A DNA stretch of 64,000 nt from Candidatus Latescibacterota bacterium (GTDB lineage: Bacteria > Latescibacterota > UBA2968 > GCA-2709665): the NCBI GenBank assembly GCA_965222075.1, contig OZ244937.1:608001-672000 (forward strand), given 5' to 3'. The notes beneath the pieces were generated by a model, which did not search any database, was not told the DNA's origin, and was given only the letters and a program-made list of their open reading frames with translations. The position numbers were made by a program, and so were the translations under genes. Positions 20,321-31,422 of this stretch are shown here, piece after piece. The stretch's first letter is position 1, and the number at the start of each line of letters is the position of its first letter.

Positions 20321-22411
20321 ATGTCAAAGCGTTTTACTGTCCCTGTCTGGGCCAGATTGGCCCTGGTCCTGACAGCCGATGTGCTGCTCATCGGGACGAT
20401 GGGCTTCCTGTGGGTTGTTATGACCCTACCCCGAATCCCGGAAGATCCGGAGGCGCTGGGCGTTCAGCCGGGGGTGAAGATCTACGCGGATTCGGGGGAA
20501 CTGCTCTACACGTTCAACCGGCGTATGAAGGGGGTGACGCTGGAGGAGGTAAGCCCCTTTTTTATTCAGGCGGTGCTGGCGACGGAGGACCAGGCGTTTT
20601 ACCGACATCGCGGGTTCAGCGTCAGGGCGATTCTGGGGGCGTTCTACGACAATTTGCGCCACATGCGGAAGGTGAGAGGTGGGAGCACGATTACCCAGCA
20701 GATTGTAAAGAACCTCTTTCTGTCGCGGGAGAAGACCTATATCCGGAAGCTGAAAGAGGTCCTGCTGGCGGTGCAGCTTGAGACGATGTTTGAGCGGCGG
20801 TACGGGGAGGGCTACAAGCGGAAGCTGCTGGAACTCTATATGAACGGGAGTTTCTACGGGACGAACGCATACGGGGTAGAGGACGCGGCGCAGACCTATT
20901 TCGGAAAACGGGCGGCGGACCTGAATCTGCAGGAGGCGGCAGTGCTGGCGGGGCTGCCGAATGCGCCAAGCGCGCTGAGCCCGTTCCGGGAGGGGGGGGA
21001 GCATACGATGCAGAGGATGAGGCACGTGTTGCGGCGGATGCGGGCGGCAGGGTTTATCACGCAGGAGGAAATGGACCGGGCGGTGAAGATGCCGCCGGCG
21101 TTTGCATCGGAGCGGAGGCCCCGCAACCGGACGCCCTATTTTGTAGAGACGATCAAGGCGAAAGTGGTCCGGCAGTGGGGGCGTTCTGCGCTCAGTTTTG
21201 GGGGGTTGAATATCTATACGACGCTGGACCTGAAGATGCAGAAGGCTGCGGAGCAGGCGGTGGCCGAGGGGCTTGCGGACCTGGACGGGCGGCTGGGGTT
21301 TCCGGATTACCGGGAGGTGTCGAAGGCGGAACGGGCGGACTACGTTCAGGGGGCGTTGATCTGTCTGGACCCCAAAACGGGCTATGTGAGGGCAATGGTG
21401 GGGGGGCGAGATATCTTTATGAGCTATTACAACCGGGCAACGACGGCACGGCGGCAGCCGGGGTCGGGGTTCAAGCCGGTGGTCTACCTGGCTGCGTTTA
21501 CCGCAGGGAAGGTGACGCCGGTGTCGCTGTTTGCGGACGAGCCCCGGACCTATGTGGTGAACCGGCGGCGGTGGTCGCCGAAGAATTTTAAGGACCAGTA
21601 CCTGGGGATGACGACGGCGGCCTGGGCACTGATCCGGTCGGCGAATGCAACAAGCGTGCAGGTGGCGCAACGGGTCGGACCGGAGCGGGTAGCTGCGATG
21701 GGGAAACGGCTGGGCATCCGGAGTCCGCTGGGCGCCTATCCGAGCCTTGCGCTGGGGACGGAAGAGGTGACGCTGCTGGACATGGCGTCGGCATTTGGGA
21801 CGGTTGCGAACTACGGCATCCGGGTGGAGCCGACGTTTGTCCGGTTGGTCGAGGACCTGGAGGGGCGGCCCGTGTACCGGCACCGGGTGCGTCGGGAGCC
21901 GGTGCTGGCGGCGGCGGATGCGTACGTGATGATCCGGCTGATGCAGAATGTGGTGGACCGGGGGACGGGACGGGCGGTGCGAGCGGCAGGGTTCAGGAGG
22001 CCGGCGGCGGGTAAGACGGGGACAACAAACGACAATACGGACGCCTGGTTTACGGGGTTTACACCGGAGCTGGTGGTCAGCGTATGGGTGGGGTTCGACC
22101 GGCGAGAGGGAAAGCGGAGGCTGGTGGAGGCACGCACCCGGCGCCAGATTACGGGGGGCAGCGGCGCAGCGCCGATCTGGGCGGCGTTTATGAAAGCGGT
22201 TGCGGCCGATCGCGCGGCCAAAGCCTTCTGGACGCCGGCAGGGGTACGGGATGTGGTTGTGGATGCTCGTACCGGGGTCGCCGTTGATGCGGACACGCTG
22301 TCTGAGCATCTACCGATCCGGATTGCACTGCCGGAGGGCGTCTGGCCAAATACACCGGAAGAGGCGGCGGGATTTCAGGGGGCGGACAGCAGCGTGAAGC
22401 GTGAACGATAA
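20321..22411 (+). CDS. Class A penicillin-binding protein (PBP1A family)
   Basis: TM anchor. Transglycosylase motifs EDQAFY.H.G, GGSTITQQ, RKLKE. Transpeptidase SGFK, SAN, KTG. A GTG start at 20300 is also possible. Confidence 0.92.
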   Translation: MSKRFTVPVWARLALVLTADVLLIGTMGFLWVVMTLPRIPEDPEALGVQPGVKIYADSGELLYTFNRRMKGVTLEEVSPFFIQAVLATEDQAFYRHRGFSVRAILGAFYDNLRHMRKVRGGSTITQQIVKNLFLSREKTYIRKLKEVLLAVQLETMFERRYGEGYKRKLLELYMNGSFYGTNAYGVEDAAQTYFGKRAADLNLQEAAVLAGLPNAPSALSPFREGGEHTMQRMRHVLRRMRAAGFITQEEMDRAVKMPPAFASERRPRNRTPYFVETIKAKVVRQWGRSALSFGGLNIYTTLDLKMQKAAEQAVAEGLADLDGRLGFPDYREVSKAERADYVQGALICLDPKTGYVRAMVGGRDIFMSYYNRATTARRQPGSGFKPVVYLAAFTAGKVTPVSLFADEPRTYVVNRRRWSPKNFKDQYLGMTTAAWALIRSANATSVQVAQRVGPERVAAMGKRLGIRSPLGAYPSLALGTEEVTLLDMASAFGTVANYGIRVEPTFVRLVEDLEGRPVYRHRVRREPVLAAADAYVMIRLMQNVVDRGTGRAVRAAGFRRPAAGKTGTTNDNTDAWFTGFTPELVVSVWVGFDRREGKRRLVEARTRRQITGGSGAAPIWAAFMKAVAADRAAKAFWTPAGVRDVVVDARTGVAVDADTLSEHLPIRIALPEGVWPNTPEEAAGFQGADSSVKRER

Positions 22412-22518
22412 AATATGAGGAGATGAGGTTCTGCTTGACAGAATGGATTTCGTTTGCGAGTATTCTACAGTTCAATTATATACTGGATTTGCGGCCAGAG
22501 TGTCGCTTTTGAGTGAGT

Positions 22519-23136
22519 ATGGATGCTGGTGAGGATATACAGAACGTCCTGATCCAGCCCGAGGCCATCCGGAAGAAGGTGCAGGCCCTTGGGCGGCAGA
22601 TCTCCGAAGACTACGGCACCCGGACCTGTCTGCCTGCCCGCCTGTCTGCCGGCTTGGCACAGGCAGCGCAGCGCGGCAGGCAGGCCGATTCGGTGGTACT
22701 CATCGGCATTTTAAAAGGCGCCATGTTCTTTCTGGCCGACCTGGCCCGAGCGATTACAAGCCCGGTCGAGATCGAGCTGATGTCGATTTCCAGCTACGGT
22801 TTTTCCACCCGGAGTTCCGGGGTCGTGCGCATCCTCAAGGATCTGGACGTTAGCATTACGGACCGCCATGTTCTGATCGTTGAGGATATTGTCGATACCG
22901 GCCTTACCCTGAGCTACCTGCTGTGCAACCTCCAGGCCAGACACCCCAAAAGCCTCAGGGTATGCACGCTCCTGGACAAGCCTGCCCGCCGGTCTGTGGA
23001 TGTCTCGATCGCCTATTTGGGATTTACGATTCCGGACGAATTCGTGGTGGGGTACGGGCTCGATTTTAACCAGCGGTACCGAAATCTGCCTTTTATCGGC
23101 GTTCTCAAAGCCGAATGCTACGGGTTGGACGAATAA
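22519..23136 (+). CDS. hpt: Hypoxanthine phosphoribosyltransferase with a 20-aa in-frame insertion
   Basis: Motifs [20 protein letters not shown] and [14 protein letters not shown]. Confidence 0.93.
   Translation: MDAGEDIQNVLIQPEAIRKKVQALGRQISEDYGTRTCLPARLSAGLAQAAQRGRQADSVVLIGILKGAMFFLADLARAITSPVEIELMSISSYGFSTRSSGVVRILKDLDVSITDRHVLIVEDIVDTGLTLSYLLCNLQARHPKSLRVCTLLDKPARRSVDVSIAYLGFTIPDEFVVGYGLDFNQRYRNLPFIGVLKAECYGLDE
22625..22684. repeat. 60-bp nested palindromic micro-element, in frame inside hpt
   Basis: CCTGTCTGCC-tgcccg-CCTGTCTGCC-ggctt-GGCACAGGCAG-cgcagcgc-GGCAGGCAGG. Removal gives [17 protein letters not shown]. Confidence 0.82.
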
Positions 23137-23137
23137 G

Positions 23138-24052
23138 ATGGTGAACGCGGTGAACAGGTCTGCCGGGACAAGGTTGCAGGACGCTTTGCAACAGGAGAAG
23201 CCGCTACAGGTGGTGGGGACGGTTAACGCCCTGACTGCCCTGATGGCGAAACGCGCCGGGTTTTGCGCTATCTATCTGTCAGGCTCTGGCGTGGCCGGCG
23301 CGTCATACGGATTGCCCGACCTGGGCATCACAACCCTGGACAATGTGGCAGAAGACGCGCGCCGGATTACGGATGCGGTTGAGCTGCCCCTGCTGGTTGA
23401 CGTAGACACAGGCTTTGGCGGCACGGCGTTCTCTGTTGGCCGAACGGTTCAGACGCTTGAAAAGGTCGGCGCAGCAGCGGTTCACATCGAAGACCAGGTC
23501 GTTCAAAAGCGCTGCGGTCACCGCCCCGGAAAGAGGATTGTTTCGGCCGGGGAGATGTGTGACCGCATAAAAGCAGCCGTAGACGCCCGTTCCGATCCTG
23601 ATTTTATGGTGATGGCACGGACGGATGCTTTCGCTATCGAAGGCCTGGAGGGTGCCTTAGAGCGGGCAAGCCTGTATGTTGAAGCCGGTGCGGATGGTAT
23701 TTTCGTAGAGGCGTTGCAGGCACTGGATCACTACAGGGCATTTACAAAGGGACTTTCCGTGCCTGTGCTGGCAAATCTCACGGAATTCGGAAAAACGCCT
23801 CTGTTTACATTAGAGGAGATGCGGCGTGTTGGCGCTGCCATGGTCCTCTATCCGCTCACGGCGTTCCGGGTGATGAACAGGGCTGCTGAAGGCGCATACC
23901 GGACCATTCGAAAAGAGGGCACGCAAGCGTCTTTGATGGATAGGATGCAGACGCGGGAAGAATTGTACGATCTGCTGGACTACTATTGGTATGAGGAACT
24001 CGTAGACCGGCTTTACGGCAATCAGATAAACGGAGAGGATGAGGATGAGTGA
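23138..24052 (+). CDS. prpB: 2-methylisocitrate lyase
   Basis: Motifs YLSG, GLPDLG, DVDTGFG, HIEDQ..KRCGH and ARTDA. Confidence 0.93.
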   Translation: MVNAVNRSAGTRLQDALQQEKPLQVVGTVNALTALMAKRAGFCAIYLSGSGVAGASYGLPDLGITTLDNVAEDARRITDAVELPLLVDVDTGFGGTAFSVGRTVQTLEKVGAAAVHIEDQVVQKRCGHRPGKRIVSAGEMCDRIKAAVDARSDPDFMVMARTDAFAIEGLEGALERASLYVEAGADGIFVEALQALDHYRAFTKGLSVPVLANLTEFGKTPLFTLEEMRRVGAAMVLYPLTAFRVMNRAAEGAYRTIRKEGTQASLMDRMQTREELYDLLDYYWYEELVDRLYGNQINGEDEDE

Positions 24053-25172
24053 AAAAACAGAGACTGCGACGGCTGTTGGGCTGCGCGGTGTTAAGGCGGG
24101 CAATACGGCGATTTGCACGGTAGGCGCAGAGGGACACGGGCTTCACTATCGCGGGTATTCGATTGAGGATCTTGCGAGCAAGAGCAGTTTTGAAGAGGTG
24201 GCTTACCTGCTTATTCACGGTGAACTCCCAACGCGCGCCCGGCTTGAGGCGTGGAGCCGTGAGATAGGGGAGAACCGCCGGCTGCCGGATATGGTGAAGA
24301 CGGTGCTGTCCACGTTTCCTTCTGACGCGCATCCAATGGATGTCTTGCGGACAGGGGTCTCCGCGCTGGGGATTGCAGAACCTGAGCAGGGTCTCGAAGA
24401 TGGGAAGAGATCCGCCGTTTGCCTGTTGGGCGCGCTTCCCTCTATGCTGGGCTACTGGTACCTGAGTTCACGCGGTAAAGAGGCGCCCCTTGATGTTGAG
24501 GTAGAGCGTCACGCCGATTATGTGATGCGAATGTTAAAGGGAGATTCACCTACCCAGCTTGAATGCCGGATGATGGACAATTCTCTCATTCTGTACGCAG
24601 AACACGAATTCAATGCCTCGACATTCACGGCTCGCGTGTGCGCTTCGACGCTGGCCGATTTCTGCTCCTGCATCGCCGGGGCCATCGGCACGTTGAGCGG
24701 GCCGCTGCACGGCGGCGCAAACGAACAGGCCATGGCGCTTATCTCTCGTTTTGAAGATCCCGAAGATGCGGCTCGGGGCGTGCGGGAAATGCTTGCCCGG
24801 AAGGAGAGAATTATGGGGTTCGGGCACGGGGTGTACAGGGTGAGAGATCCCCGGAACGGCGTTATCAAAGCGTGGGCTCGAAAGGTATCAGAAGCCAGAG
24901 GTGATATGAAGCTGTTCGAGATTTCCGAGGCGATTGAAAACGTGATGTGGGAAGAGAAACGCCTGTTTCCCAATCTGGACTATTACTCGGCTACGGCTTA
25001 CCATATGGCTGGAATCGATACGTTGCTGTTTACGCCGATATTTGTTATCAGTAGAATCAGTGGATGGGCCGCGCACGTGATTGAACAGCGCGCGGACAAC
25101 AAATTGATCCGCCCTCTGGCGAATTACACAGGGCCTGAGAATCGAGCCTATGTCCCGGTAGATGAACGTTGA
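24045..25172 (+). CDS. prpC: 2-methylcitrate synthase
   Basis: Motifs [26 protein letters not shown] and FPNLD. Lies between prpB and prpD. Confidence 0.92.
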   Translation: MSEKTETATAVGLRGVKAGNTAICTVGAEGHGLHYRGYSIEDLASKSSFEEVAYLLIHGELPTRARLEAWSREIGENRRLPDMVKTVLSTFPSDAHPMDVLRTGVSALGIAEPEQGLEDGKRSAVCLLGALPSMLGYWYLSSRGKEAPLDVEVERHADYVMRMLKGDSPTQLECRMMDNSLILYAEHEFNASTFTARVCASTLADFCSCIAGAIGTLSGPLHGGANEQAMALISRFEDPEDAARGVREMLARKERIMGFGHGVYRVRDPRNGVIKAWARKVSEARGDMKLFEISEAIENVMWEEKRLFPNLDYYSATAYHMAGIDTLLFTPIFVISRISGWAAHVIEQRADNKLIRPLANYTGPENRAYVPVDER

Positions 25173-25181
25173 AGCAGGGAT

Positions 25182-26642
25182 ATGACAGTGCCTGAGCCCT
25201 CCCTCAACATCCGGCAGCCTCCCGACCGGGAAATGGTCGATATTGCCCGTTACGTCCTGAGTTGCCGAATTGAGTCGGAAGAGGCTTATCACACAGCGCG
25301 GCACTGCCTGATGGACAGTATCGGCTGTGGCGTTCTTGCTTTGGGGTTTCCCCAGTGCCGAAAGATGCTGGGACCGATTGTGCCGGGCGCCATTGTTCCC
25401 AACGGTGTCCGCGTGCCCGGTACCGAGTTTGAGCTGGATCCTATCACGGCGGCTTTCAACATCGGTACGATGATCCGCTGGCTGGACTTCAACGACACGT
25501 GGCTGGCCGCCGAATGGGGGCATCCTTCCGACAATTTGGGGGCCGTTCTGGCTGTTGCCGATTGGGTGTCGCGAAAAGACGCCGCGAATGGATTGGAGCC
25601 CCTCAAGGTGAAAGACGTGCTCACCGCCATGGTTAAAGCATACGAGATTCAAGGCGTTATGGCTCTGGAAAACAGCTTCAACCAGCGGGGCCTGGACCAC
25701 GTCATTCTCGTCAAGCTGGCAAGTAGTGCCGTTGCGGCAGGGATGCTTGGTTGTGATGAGGAACAGGTGATCAATGCGATCTCCCAGGTCTGGTGCGACA
25801 TTGGCCCTCTGCGGACGTATCGCCACGCGCCCAATACCGGGTCTCGAAAAGGTTGGGCCGCCGGCGATGCCACCGGGCGCGGTGTTTTTCTTGCATTTCA
25901 GGCGGCACGGGGAGAAATGGGCTATCCGACGGTTCTGACGGCCCCGAATTGGGGATTCTACGATCGGATCTGGGGAGGAGAACGGTTCACGTTCCAGCGG
26001 CCCTACGGGTCATACGTGATGGAACACGTGCTTTTCAAGGTCTCCTACCCGGCGGAATTCCATGCCCAAACGGCGGTCGGTGCGGCAATCGAGCTCCACC
26101 CTCAGGTTGCAGGACGATTGGACGAGGTTGAACGTGTGGAAATCACGACCCATGAGGCTGCCATACGTATTATTGACAAAAGGGGGCCCCTGCACAACCC
26201 TGCAGACCGCGATCACTGCCTCCAGTATATGACGGCCATCGGGTTGATATCCGGAGATCTCAGGGCGGAAGACTACGGTGAGGAACGGGCGGCAGATTCT
26301 CGTGTTGACGGTCTGAGAGAAAAGATGGAGGTCGTTGAGAACCCTGAGTTCACCAGGGACTATCACGACCCCGGGAAGCGGTCCATCGCCAATACCGTAC
26401 AGGTGTTTTTTAAAGGGGGCGCTTCAACGGAGGCCGTCACCGTGGAGTATCCGATCGGACACCGGCGACGACGCAGGGAGGCCATCCCCTTACTGGAAGA
26501 TAAGTTTAAAAATAATATGGCAACAGGATTCTCTCCCGATCGTGTGCAGGAGCTTCTTGAGCTGTTCAGGGATCAACGCGGGTTGGAAGAGATGTCGGTG
26601 CCCCTTTTTATGGGGTTGCTGCAGGGTAGGGAAGGCCGATGA
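25182..26642 (+). CDS. prpD: 2-methylcitrate dehydratase
   Basis: Motifs [31 protein letters not shown] and PAEFHAQT. Confidence 0.95.
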   Translation: MTVPEPSLNIRQPPDREMVDIARYVLSCRIESEEAYHTARHCLMDSIGCGVLALGFPQCRKMLGPIVPGAIVPNGVRVPGTEFELDPITAAFNIGTMIRWLDFNDTWLAAEWGHPSDNLGAVLAVADWVSRKDAANGLEPLKVKDVLTAMVKAYEIQGVMALENSFNQRGLDHVILVKLASSAVAAGMLGCDEEQVINAISQVWCDIGPLRTYRHAPNTGSRKGWAAGDATGRGVFLAFQAARGEMGYPTVLTAPNWGFYDRIWGGERFTFQRPYGSYVMEHVLFKVSYPAEFHAQTAVGAAIELHPQVAGRLDEVERVEITTHEAAIRIIDKRGPLHNPADRDHCLQYMTAIGLISGDLRAEDYGEERAADSRVDGLREKMEVVENPEFTRDYHDPGKRSIANTVQVFFKGGASTEAVTVEYPIGHRRRRREAIPLLEDKFKNNMATGFSPDRVQELLELFRDQRGLEEMSVPLFMGLLQGREGR

Positions 26643-27691
26643 ATACAGCGACGCAATGGCTCGGACGGGGCGAGCGGGCTCCGGATTTTGTCCTGCCGAT
26701 TCAGAATGGCACGCCGACGCGTTTTTATTCCAGGGCGGGAGGGGGAGCCACTGTGCTCCTCTTTTGTGACGCAGATGACACGTTGCTGCGCTTTTCTGAG
26801 GCGCTTGGCGATTGTGCGTCCGGTGCGGTGTCGATTTTTGCGGTAAAGCGCGCTGAGGCCGAGCCGCAGGTTCCCACCGGGCAGGCGATTCCCTTTCCGG
26901 TCTTTTCGGATACCGAAGGGAAGGTGAGGGCGGCGTATCGGCTGGGAGATGAGGGCAAAACGGTGCTCTTTGTGTTCGATCCGAACCTGCGAGCGCTCGG
27001 GTCGCTTGCCTTAAAGGACGCCCGGGTCGCAGCGCAGAAGGCGGTTTCTCTCTTAGACGCTTCCCTGCCCCGGGTCGAGCCCTTAGAGATTGTGACTCAG
27101 GCGCCGGTGCTGCTTATTCCCAACGTGCTGGATGAGGAGGTCTGTGAGTTCCTGATGGGCGTGTGGGAGAATCAGGGCAACGTGGAGACCGGGGTGGAGC
27201 AGTCGCGCGGGGACCGGCGGGTGGATACGGTCGACGATGAAAACAAACGCCGCCGTGACCACGTGGTAACCGATGAGAAGCTCCTGAGGCTCCTTTCATC
27301 GACGATTGGGCGGCGGGTGATGCCGGAGGTTTACAAGGCTTTTGCGTTTCGGGCCACGCGCTTTGAAGGCTTCAAGATTGCCTGTTACGATGCCGCAACG
27401 GGCGGCTTTTTTCACGCCCATCGCGACAACCTGAGCCCCTCTACCGCGCACCGCCGCTTCGCGCTGACCCTGAATCTGAACGAGGGTTACGCGGGTGGGT
27501 ACCTGAGGTTCCCGGAATACGGGCCGCACCTGTACCGGCCGGAGGCCGGGGGGGCGATTTTGTTTTCCTCTTCGCACCTTCACGAAGTGACGGAAGTGAC
27601 CGAAGGACGGCGCTTTACGCTGCTCTCTTTTCTCTTTGGAGAGGGGGATGTTCGAGCGTCCCGGGAGGCGCCGGGGGAGGGGTCTGCATGA
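26639..27691 (+). CDS. Redoxin-like + 2OG-Fe(II) oxygenase fusion
   Basis: N-terminal GERAPDF (AhpC/TSA-like, no CxxC). C-terminal HRDN...H...R facial triad. Confidence 0.82.
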   Translation: MNTATQWLGRGERAPDFVLPIQNGTPTRFYSRAGGGATVLLFCDADDTLLRFSEALGDCASGAVSIFAVKRAEAEPQVPTGQAIPFPVFSDTEGKVRAAYRLGDEGKTVLFVFDPNLRALGSLALKDARVAAQKAVSLLDASLPRVEPLEIVTQAPVLLIPNVLDEEVCEFLMGVWENQGNVETGVEQSRGDRRVDTVDDENKRRRDHVVTDEKLLRLLSSTIGRRVMPEVYKAFAFRATRFEGFKIACYDAATGGFFHAHRDNLSPSTAHRRFALTLNLNEGYAGGYLRFPEYGPHLYRPEAGGAILFSSSHLHEVTEVTEGRRFTLLSFLFGEGDVRASREAPGEGSA

Positions 27692-27701
27692 AGGGTAAAG
27701 C

Positions 27702-28559
27702 GTGAAGTGTGAAGAGATCCGGATCCGGCGGATGCGGCGGGCGGATGTCCCGACGGGGATGCGGTTCAAGGCGCTGGCGGGATGGAACCAGACCGAGCAG
27801 GACTGGGAGCGGTTTTTGGCCCTTTCTCCACAGGGGTGTTTTGTCGCGGAGGTGGGGGGGGAGCCGGTGGGGACGGTGGTGACAGTGGTCTTTGAGGGGC
27901 GCTGCGGCTGGGTGGCGATGGTGCTGGTGCCTCCGGAGCGGCGGCGGTGCGGGATTGGAACGGCCATGCTGCACCACGGCATTGCGCATTTGAGGTTGGA
28001 GGGGGTGGCGGTGGTGAAGTTGGATGCGACACCCACGGGGCGGAAGGTGTATCTGCCGCTGGGGTTTGTGGACGAGTACGGGCTGGAGCGGCGGGAAGGG
28101 CAGGGGCAGAGGTGCGCCTGGCAGTGGGTGCGGCCGATGCAGGTACAGGATCTGGGAGGGGTGATTGCCTTAGATACGCCGGCGTACGGTGTGAACCGGG
28201 GGGAACTGCTCCGCTGTCTGTTCCAGGATTCGGAGGGGGGGTGTGGGATATACCCGGGCCTGGACGGTGAGCTTCTGGGTTATGTGATGCTGCGCCCTGG
28301 AAGCGATGCCTACCAGATCGGGCCGCTGGTGGCGCAGACGGAGCAGGCGGGGAGAGACCTGTTCTGCTGGGCGCTGGACCGGCTGGCCGGAGAGGCGGTT
28401 TTTTTCGATGTGCCGCTGGAAAATCGAGCGGGGGTGGCCCTGGCGGAGGCGCACGGGTTTGTCGTGCAGCGGAAGTTTACGCGGATGTACCTGGGAGACG
28501 ATCCATGCGGGGGTGAGCCGACATGGGTGTACGCGACGTCGGGGCCGGAGAAGGGATAA
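27702..28559 (+). CDS. GNAT N-acetyltransferase (tandem domain, YitH-like)
   Basis: Motifs GWNQT..DW, V.PE.RR.GIG, LDAT..G..VY..LGF and IGPLVA. Confidence 0.85.
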   Translation: MKCEEIRIRRMRRADVPTGMRFKALAGWNQTEQDWERFLALSPQGCFVAEVGGEPVGTVVTVVFEGRCGWVAMVLVPPERRRCGIGTAMLHHGIAHLRLEGVAVVKLDATPTGRKVYLPLGFVDEYGLERREGQGQRCAWQWVRPMQVQDLGGVIALDTPAYGVNRGELLRCLFQDSEGGCGIYPGLDGELLGYVMLRPGSDAYQIGPLVAQTEQAGRDLFCWALDRLAGEAVFFDVPLENRAGVALAEAHGFVVQRKFTRMYLGDDPCGGEPTWVYATSGPEKG

Positions 28560-28658
28560 GGGTGGCGTAGGGCACCAAAAATCGCGGTGGTAGAGCCGTG
28601 AATCGGGCAAAAAGCCCCGGCCTTTTTGAGCAGGGGTTGACCATCCGGACGGGAGGTT

Positions 28659-29720
28659 TTGGTGAAAGCAGTCGAGCGGCTCAAAGCATCCCAAAGGCGC
28701 GTTGAGGCTGGATTGCGGCCGATTCTGGGGATCACGATGGGGGATGCCTGCGGTATTGGCGCCGAGGTGATTGTGAAGGCTCTGAGCAATCCCGAGGTCT
28801 ATCGGTTCTGCCGACCCCTGGTGATCGGTCATCCGGCGATCTTGGAGGCGAACCTGAAATTTGCGGGACGGCCGCTGGAGGTCCCAACGGTGGCGTCTCC
28901 AGAGGCGGGGGCTTACCGATGGGGGGCGATCGATACCTGGAGCCCGGTGGATGTGGATCTTTCGCAGATCCGGACGGGGAGGGTCTGTCCGGAGGCGGGG
29001 CGGGCAGCGGTGGAATGGGTGGCGGCAGCCGTGGACTTAGCGATGGCCGGGCGGATCGATGGGGTGGTGACGGCACCTCTGAACAAGGAGGCAATGAACC
29101 GGGCCGGGTTCCCCTATGCGGGGCACACGGAGCTGCTGGCCGATCGGACAGCGTCGCAAAAGGTCCGGCTCATGCTGGCGTCGGAGCGGCTGAACGTGGC
29201 GCACGTGACCGGGCATGTCGCCCTGGACAGTGTTAAGGCGCATCTGACGCAGAAACGGGTGTTCGATACGATTGCGCTGGTGCGGCAGGCCTTAAAAGAT
29301 ATGGGGCGACCCAACCTCCGGATTGCCGTGTGCGGCTTCAACCCCCACGCAGGCGAGTCGGGCCTGTTCGGCGATGAGGATGCGGAGGTTATCCTCCCGG
29401 CGGTGGAACAGGCAAGGCGCGCAGGGTGGGATGTGATGGGCCCCCTACCGCCTGATACGACGTTTTTTAAGGCCTACGACGGGAAGTTTGACGCGGTGGT
29501 GGCGATGTACCACGATCAGGGACACATTCCGGTCAAGCTGGTGGCTTTCGACGAGGCGGTGAACGTGACGCTGGGACTCCCGATTGTGCGCACGTCGGTG
29601 GACCACGGGACGGCGTTCGATATTGCCGGAAAAGGCGTGGCCGATGAGAGGAACATGCTGCAGGCCATCCGGATGGGGACACGGCTGGTGGCAAGGCGGG
29701 CGATGCGTGGTGAGTTGTGA
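28659..29720 (+). CDS. pdxA: PdxA-family 4-hydroxythreonine-4-phosphate/D-threonate-4-phosphate dehydrogenase
   Basis: Motifs ITMGD..GIG.E, TAPLNK, GHTE, NPHAGE, MYHDQG and RTSVDHGTAFDIAG. Start codon uncertain. Confidence 0.9.
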   Translation: MVKAVERLKASQRRVEAGLRPILGITMGDACGIGAEVIVKALSNPEVYRFCRPLVIGHPAILEANLKFAGRPLEVPTVASPEAGAYRWGAIDTWSPVDVDLSQIRTGRVCPEAGRAAVEWVAAAVDLAMAGRIDGVVTAPLNKEAMNRAGFPYAGHTELLADRTASQKVRLMLASERLNVAHVTGHVALDSVKAHLTQKRVFDTIALVRQALKDMGRPNLRIAVCGFNPHAGESGLFGDEDAEVILPAVEQARRAGWDVMGPLPPDTTFFKAYDGKFDAVVAMYHDQGHIPVKLVAFDEAVNVTLGLPIVRTSVDHGTAFDIAGKGVADERNMLQAIRMGTRLVARRAMRGEL

Positions 29721-29782
29721 GGTACAGCCGCCCCACCGTTTGCGGCTTCTACTCACGACTCGCCAGGGGCAGGGACAGGGGC

Positions 29783-30160
29783 CTATTCCATTCCCGCGAT
29801 GAAGTCCATCGAGACGAGGTTGGCCCCGATGTCCGAGAAGATGGGGGTGCGCGCGGGCCGGTTTTCAGGGAAGAATTCGCCGTATGCCTCGTTGAAGTCC
29901 GCAAAGAGCGACCGGTCTTGCAGGATGACGGTGACCTTGACGATATTGTCCAGGGAGGTGCCCGCGTCTTCGAGGATGGCGGAGACGTTGGTGAGGATGC
30001 GTTTTGTCTGGGCTTTGACGTCGCCCGTTTCGGGCTGGCCGGTTTCGGGATCGACGGGGCCCTGTGCGGAGATGAAGATGAGGTCTCCATAGATGACGGC
30101 CTGGGAGTAAGGGAATTTGGGGATGGGACCCCGCTGGCTGGTGAAGGGACGTTTTTTCAT
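29783..30160 (-). CDS. RidA/YjgF family protein
   Basis: Motifs PYSQAV, QGP.DP, N..AIL..AG..L..IVK and FN..Y..FF...PAR. Confidence 0.9.
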   Translation of the reverse strand: MKKRPFTSQRGPIPKFPYSQAVIYGDLIFISAQGPVDPETGQPETGDVKAQTKRILTNVSAILEDAGTSLDNIVKVTVILQDRSLFADFNEAYGEFFPENRPARTPIFSDIGANLVSMDFIAGME

Positions 30161-30321
30161 GCGTGTTCTCCAGGGTAAGGGTTGGCAACCGGTAGGATCA
30201 AGATAAAGCGGAACACGCTCCGGACGGAGAGATTGCCGAGCGAAGGCAGGGCATGACCGTGGAGGAAGTCTTCATGGTTGCGAAGTCGAAGGAGGGATGA
30301 GGGGACACAGGTGGTTGCTTT

Positions 30322-31008
30322 TTACTTTGCCTTCTGTAGATTGAAGCTGTATCCTACGCCTCTGACGGTCGTGATGGCTTTTCCCATTTCACCGAGTTTG
30401 GATCTGAGACGGCGGATGTGAACGTCTATGGTACGTACGCCGCCGTAGTAATCATAGTCCCAGATGCTGTCTAAGAGGTCGGCGCGCGTGAAGACGCGTC
30501 CCTGGTGGGTGATCAGGTGTTTGAGGAGTTCGTATTCTTTCAGGGTCAGGACAATAACAACCCCCTTTACCCGGACTTCGTACCGCACAAGGTTGATGAC
30601 CAGGTCGCCGACCTTGAAGATATGTTCATCGTCCGGCCTGTGCCACAGCGCCAGACGGAGGCGGGCCTCTATTTCTCCAGGGCTGTAAGGTTTGAAGATA
30701 AAGTCGTCAATACCAAGTGAGAAGTCCAGGTTGAGCGCGGTTGTTTCGTCGGCAACCACCAGGAGGGGTGCCTTCCGGGTCTGGCTGTGCTGCCGCAGGT
30801 ATTGTACGGTTTGGGCCAGGGTGTCGACCGGGGTTTCCAGGTCGATCACGATCAGATTGACCTGGTCTGTGATGGGATTGTCCAACTCCAGGGGGCGTTC
30901 CGGGTTGTCTATTCCAAGCAGGTGCTGGACCGTGTGCCCGATGTATTCCAGGTCCGATTTCAACTTTGCGCCGTGGGTCTCGTCGGCCAGCAGAAGGATG
31001 TTGGGCAT
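30322..31008 (-). CDS. OmpR-family (GlnR-like) response regulator
   Basis: Receiver-like DDFIFKP. Winged helix LT.KEYELL...RTIDVHIRRLRSK..TVRGVGY. Confidence 0.88.
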   Translation of the reverse strand: MPNILLLADETHGAKLKSDLEYIGHTVQHLLGIDNPERPLELDNPITDQVNLIVIDLETPVDTLAQTVQYLRQHSQTRKAPLLVVADETTALNLDFSLGIDDFIFKPYSPGEIEARLRLALWHRPDDEHIFKVGDLVINLVRYEVRVKGVVIVLTLKEYELLKHLITHQGRVFTRADLLDSIWDYDYYGGVRTIDVHIRRLRSKLGEMGKAITTVRGVGYSFNLQKAK

Positions 31009-31108
31009 AAGCCATTTGCACTGGGTCGAGGGTTGGTCTCTGCCTCTGGGGGAGGAGGGACAGAGGGAGGGGTATAAAGGGGGCTGAGCGCTCCACCCAC
31101 GTGTGCAA

Positions 31109-31136
31109 AGTATAGCGTTCAGGTCCGGTTTGTCAA
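31109..31136 (-). promoter_or_regulatory. Sigma70-type promoter for the response regulator
   Basis: TTGACA-16 nt-TATACT on the minus strand. Confidence 0.5.
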
Positions 31137-31197
31137 GGGATATCTGCCCTCTGGTCCGATGCCCGGGACGGTTTGGAGGGCCGAAAATAAGAGGTGA

Positions 31198-31239
31198 AAA
31201 AGAGGGAGCTGAAGATGTGTACCTTCAACTCCCTCTTTT
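31198..31239. terminator. Bidirectional intrinsic terminator-like hairpin
   Basis: AAAGAGGGAGCTGAAG...CTTCAACTCCCTCTTT, flanked by A/T runs. Confidence 0.6.
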
Positions 31240-31328
31240 ATTTCCCACAGTAATAATATAACAAAAAACCGCCAAAAAGTCAAGCATATAAATTACTTAT
31301 AAACAGATGTTTATACAATAATTTTTCG

Positions 31329-31357
31329 TTGACTTTATACGTTGGATAACTTATCTT
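31329..31357 (+). promoter_or_regulatory. Sigma70-type promoter for the 31423 operon
   Basis: TTGACT-17 nt-TATCTT. Confidence 0.5.
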
Positions 31358-31422
31358 TTATCGTCTGAGAACGGGCAGGTAGCCCGGAACGTGACCGTCG
31401 GTTTCTCTCATAAGGAGGGCGT

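Noticed and set aside
20426-22309. 627-aa minus-strand ORF and similar long antisense ORFs (e.g. 16652-17707, 34380-35492)
   Set aside because: Shadow frames of well-supported GC-rich genes; Pro/Arg/His-rich with no motifs.
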